Made by a program: the position numbers and the translations under genes
Assembly (NCBI GenBank): GCA_043228905.1
Contig: JBHGNT010000012.1
Span: 13,082,001 to 13,146,000, forward strand
Source of the DNA: Azolla caroliniana
Lineage: Eukaryota; Plantae; Polypodiophyta
Direction: 5' to 3'
Length of the DNA stretch: 64,000 nucleotides
Notes under the pieces: model-generated
Told to the model about the DNA's origin: nothing
What the model saw: the letters and a program-made list of their open reading frames with translations, nothing else
The model's database searches: none
Shown here: in pieces, positions 61,776 through 64,000 of the stretch
How the letters are laid out: every line of letters begins with the position of its first letter
How positions within the stretch are numbered: position 1 is the stretch's first letter

Positions 61776-64000
61776 AAAATGCGTACAATCGTTCAATACA
61801 AAAGAAATGGAATGGCGAACCCAATCAATAAATAAAGAAGAGTTTTTATTATAAAACCAAGGCTAAGCCAGTATTACATCGGTGGTACAGATATTCATTA
61901 CATGGAAGCCTACTTCCTCTATATAAGTATCAATAGAAATTCCAAATGAATGAATCGCCATGTTGATGTATTGTACTCTTCCATCAGCCAAGTGCACCGT
62001 GTAGGTGTGATCACTTACAGTGGGTTGGATTCCCCATATCTGAACCAAACGATCATTCACAAAATTGTGTGAGCTTCCCGAATCAAATAAAAATTGTACG
62101 GGAGATCCATTGATATACCCATTTGCACATAGTAAATCATTGGGACCCAATACATAGTGAGGGAAAGAACATTGACAATTACTTAAATGATGTGTATAGA
62201 CCAGAAGGACATTAGGAATCTGACCTTTATGGTCTGTAGCTTTAGCTTTGTTGTCGTGCTCTTTCCGTTGGAGCTTTCGACATTGATCTTTTCTATGACC
62301 CTTCTTTTTGCAGAATACGCAAAAAGGATGTTGTCGCTTACAATCCCGATCCATGAATTCGTTGGATGTCTTGCGTTTCCCAACAAATTGTGACTGCTTA
62401 GTCCCGGGCGCTTCGTTGGGTTTGTTGTGGTCCTTCTTCGAAGTGCGTTGATAGCGAAGAAATCTTTCAACGGCGTCTTCGAAGGATTTTGGATCCTTAT
62501 CGTGCACTATCCAGTAATAGTTCGAATTGGGGATGCCATTGACAAAACAAGCTATCAACCAATTGTCCCCTTCTAGACCCGATTTTTGGATTTGGGTTCT
62601 AGCATGGTGAACATAGTCTTCTAGCGAGGAAAATTTCCTGCTAGAGAGGTTCATTAAAGCTTGTGCTGCCTCGGTTCGAGAGGGAGGTTGCAGAAATTGG
62701 CCCTTAAAAACCGTGACAAAATCTGTCCAGGTATCGAGCAATTTCCCCATAGTACGGAGGCCACGCCACCAGGCGGCGACCTTACCCCCGAGTTCTCGGC
62801 CGACATATGCAATCTTCGTACTATCTGGCGTGGGATAGAGCTCAAAATGAGACTCCCATCGTCCCAGCCATGTGTAGATTGCTTCTTCGGTTCTTTCCTT
62901 TTTGTCTCCTGTAAATGGCTTAACGACAAATGATGGTTCACCTTGTCGCTCTTCAGGTCTATTAGTCTCACGTTGTAGACGAATGACACGTGCCTCAAGA
63001 GCACTCTGAGATTGCCAAAGTTCGGTCATCTGTTGAGCGGTGAAACTAAGGTATTGGGTTATTTGTGCCAAATACATCTCAGTGGACATTTGTCTAGGAG
63101 GATTCCCTTGAGTTCCTTCCGCTTGAGTGGATGACATCAGGTCGTTAATTTGAGCCATTAAAGATAATTTTTTGGAAAAGAAATAGGATAAGGTCAAAGA
63201 GATAGTCATAACATCATGTCGTGATGTAAACATACCATGGTCAAACATTAATCGATATCATGATCTCACGTCAATACCCCTCTAGACGTATGAGATGAGG
63301 TTCAAGATCAGGTTACTATGGTAACACAAAGGTGTTTTAAAAACCATGGGGGTGACAATTTAATGTCTTTCCCTGATCTCTATATCGATTTTTTCATGGT
63401 GGCTCCCCGAGGCTCAACCATGTATGTTCGCGTCATGAATAGTTTATACTTGAAAAAAATGTTAACAATAAACTATGTTTCGGTGCCCACATATGTGGTT
63501 TCGGCTCTTTAAGTCCTATTATGAGGACCCCGAGGTGCACTTAGACCTCAAGTCTAAACATGTGTTATAGTCACATATGTATAAAGGATGTTGTATGGTC
63601 TTGGTCATATTTGAACTCGAGACCTTGAGAACAAATACATTAAACACTTGAGCCAACCAAGTAAGTTGCTCTTCTCAAATGCTTAATGTTTGATGCGTAT
63701 AAGAGATATGCGAGATCATATATGTTTTTTTTCAAAGAACATATATGTCAAGGGTCCTTATTTCGCCCTATTTTACCAAAACTATGTTGGTACGTTACCT
63801 ATCCTCAAGTCTCGTAATTACGATGGCATACGCCAAAGTGCAACCTAATGGTGAAGCCAAATGAGCCCTTGTTTCGTAGTAGGCTCACGTGGGCCATCAC
63901 ATGGTCACGTCATTACGAATGCGTCTTGTAAGAACGAGCTCATGGTGGCATCGTATCCATGTAACGAGGGAGGGATGTTGGATACGTGCGTCATTGAAGC
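61776..64000 (-). mobile_element. Gypsy family A leader-gag-PR, runs off the window
   Basis: ORF 61863-63248 contains uninterrupted gag (MAQINDL..CCHC) and PR (DSGSSHNF). Confidence 0.95.

Overview
Plant heterochromatin-type window with no intact host gene. About 90% is nested, decayed LTR retrotransposons: at least four Ty3/Gypsy families (a chromodomain-bearing family 'A' in 8 or more pieces, an Athila-like element with an extra 3' ORF, a tRNA-Trp-primed element, and two apparently self-priming Tf1/Tcn1-like elements), several Ty1/Copia copies, and a non-coding LTR element. There is a 100-N gap at 32464-32563. The main non-TE sequence is a broken ~2.16-kb tandem array of intronless genes. 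Each gene encodes a signal peptide, Arg/Glu/Asp-rich repeats and a 6-Cys variant of the 2S-albumin/prolamin fold, behind a promoter with two RY (CATGCATG) boxes, an ACGTGG motif and a TATA box. This looks like a seed/spore storage-protein locus, and every visible copy is disabled or truncated. The TE content suggests a non-seed land plant such as a fern, but this is inference. All calls are by eye; no database searches were run.
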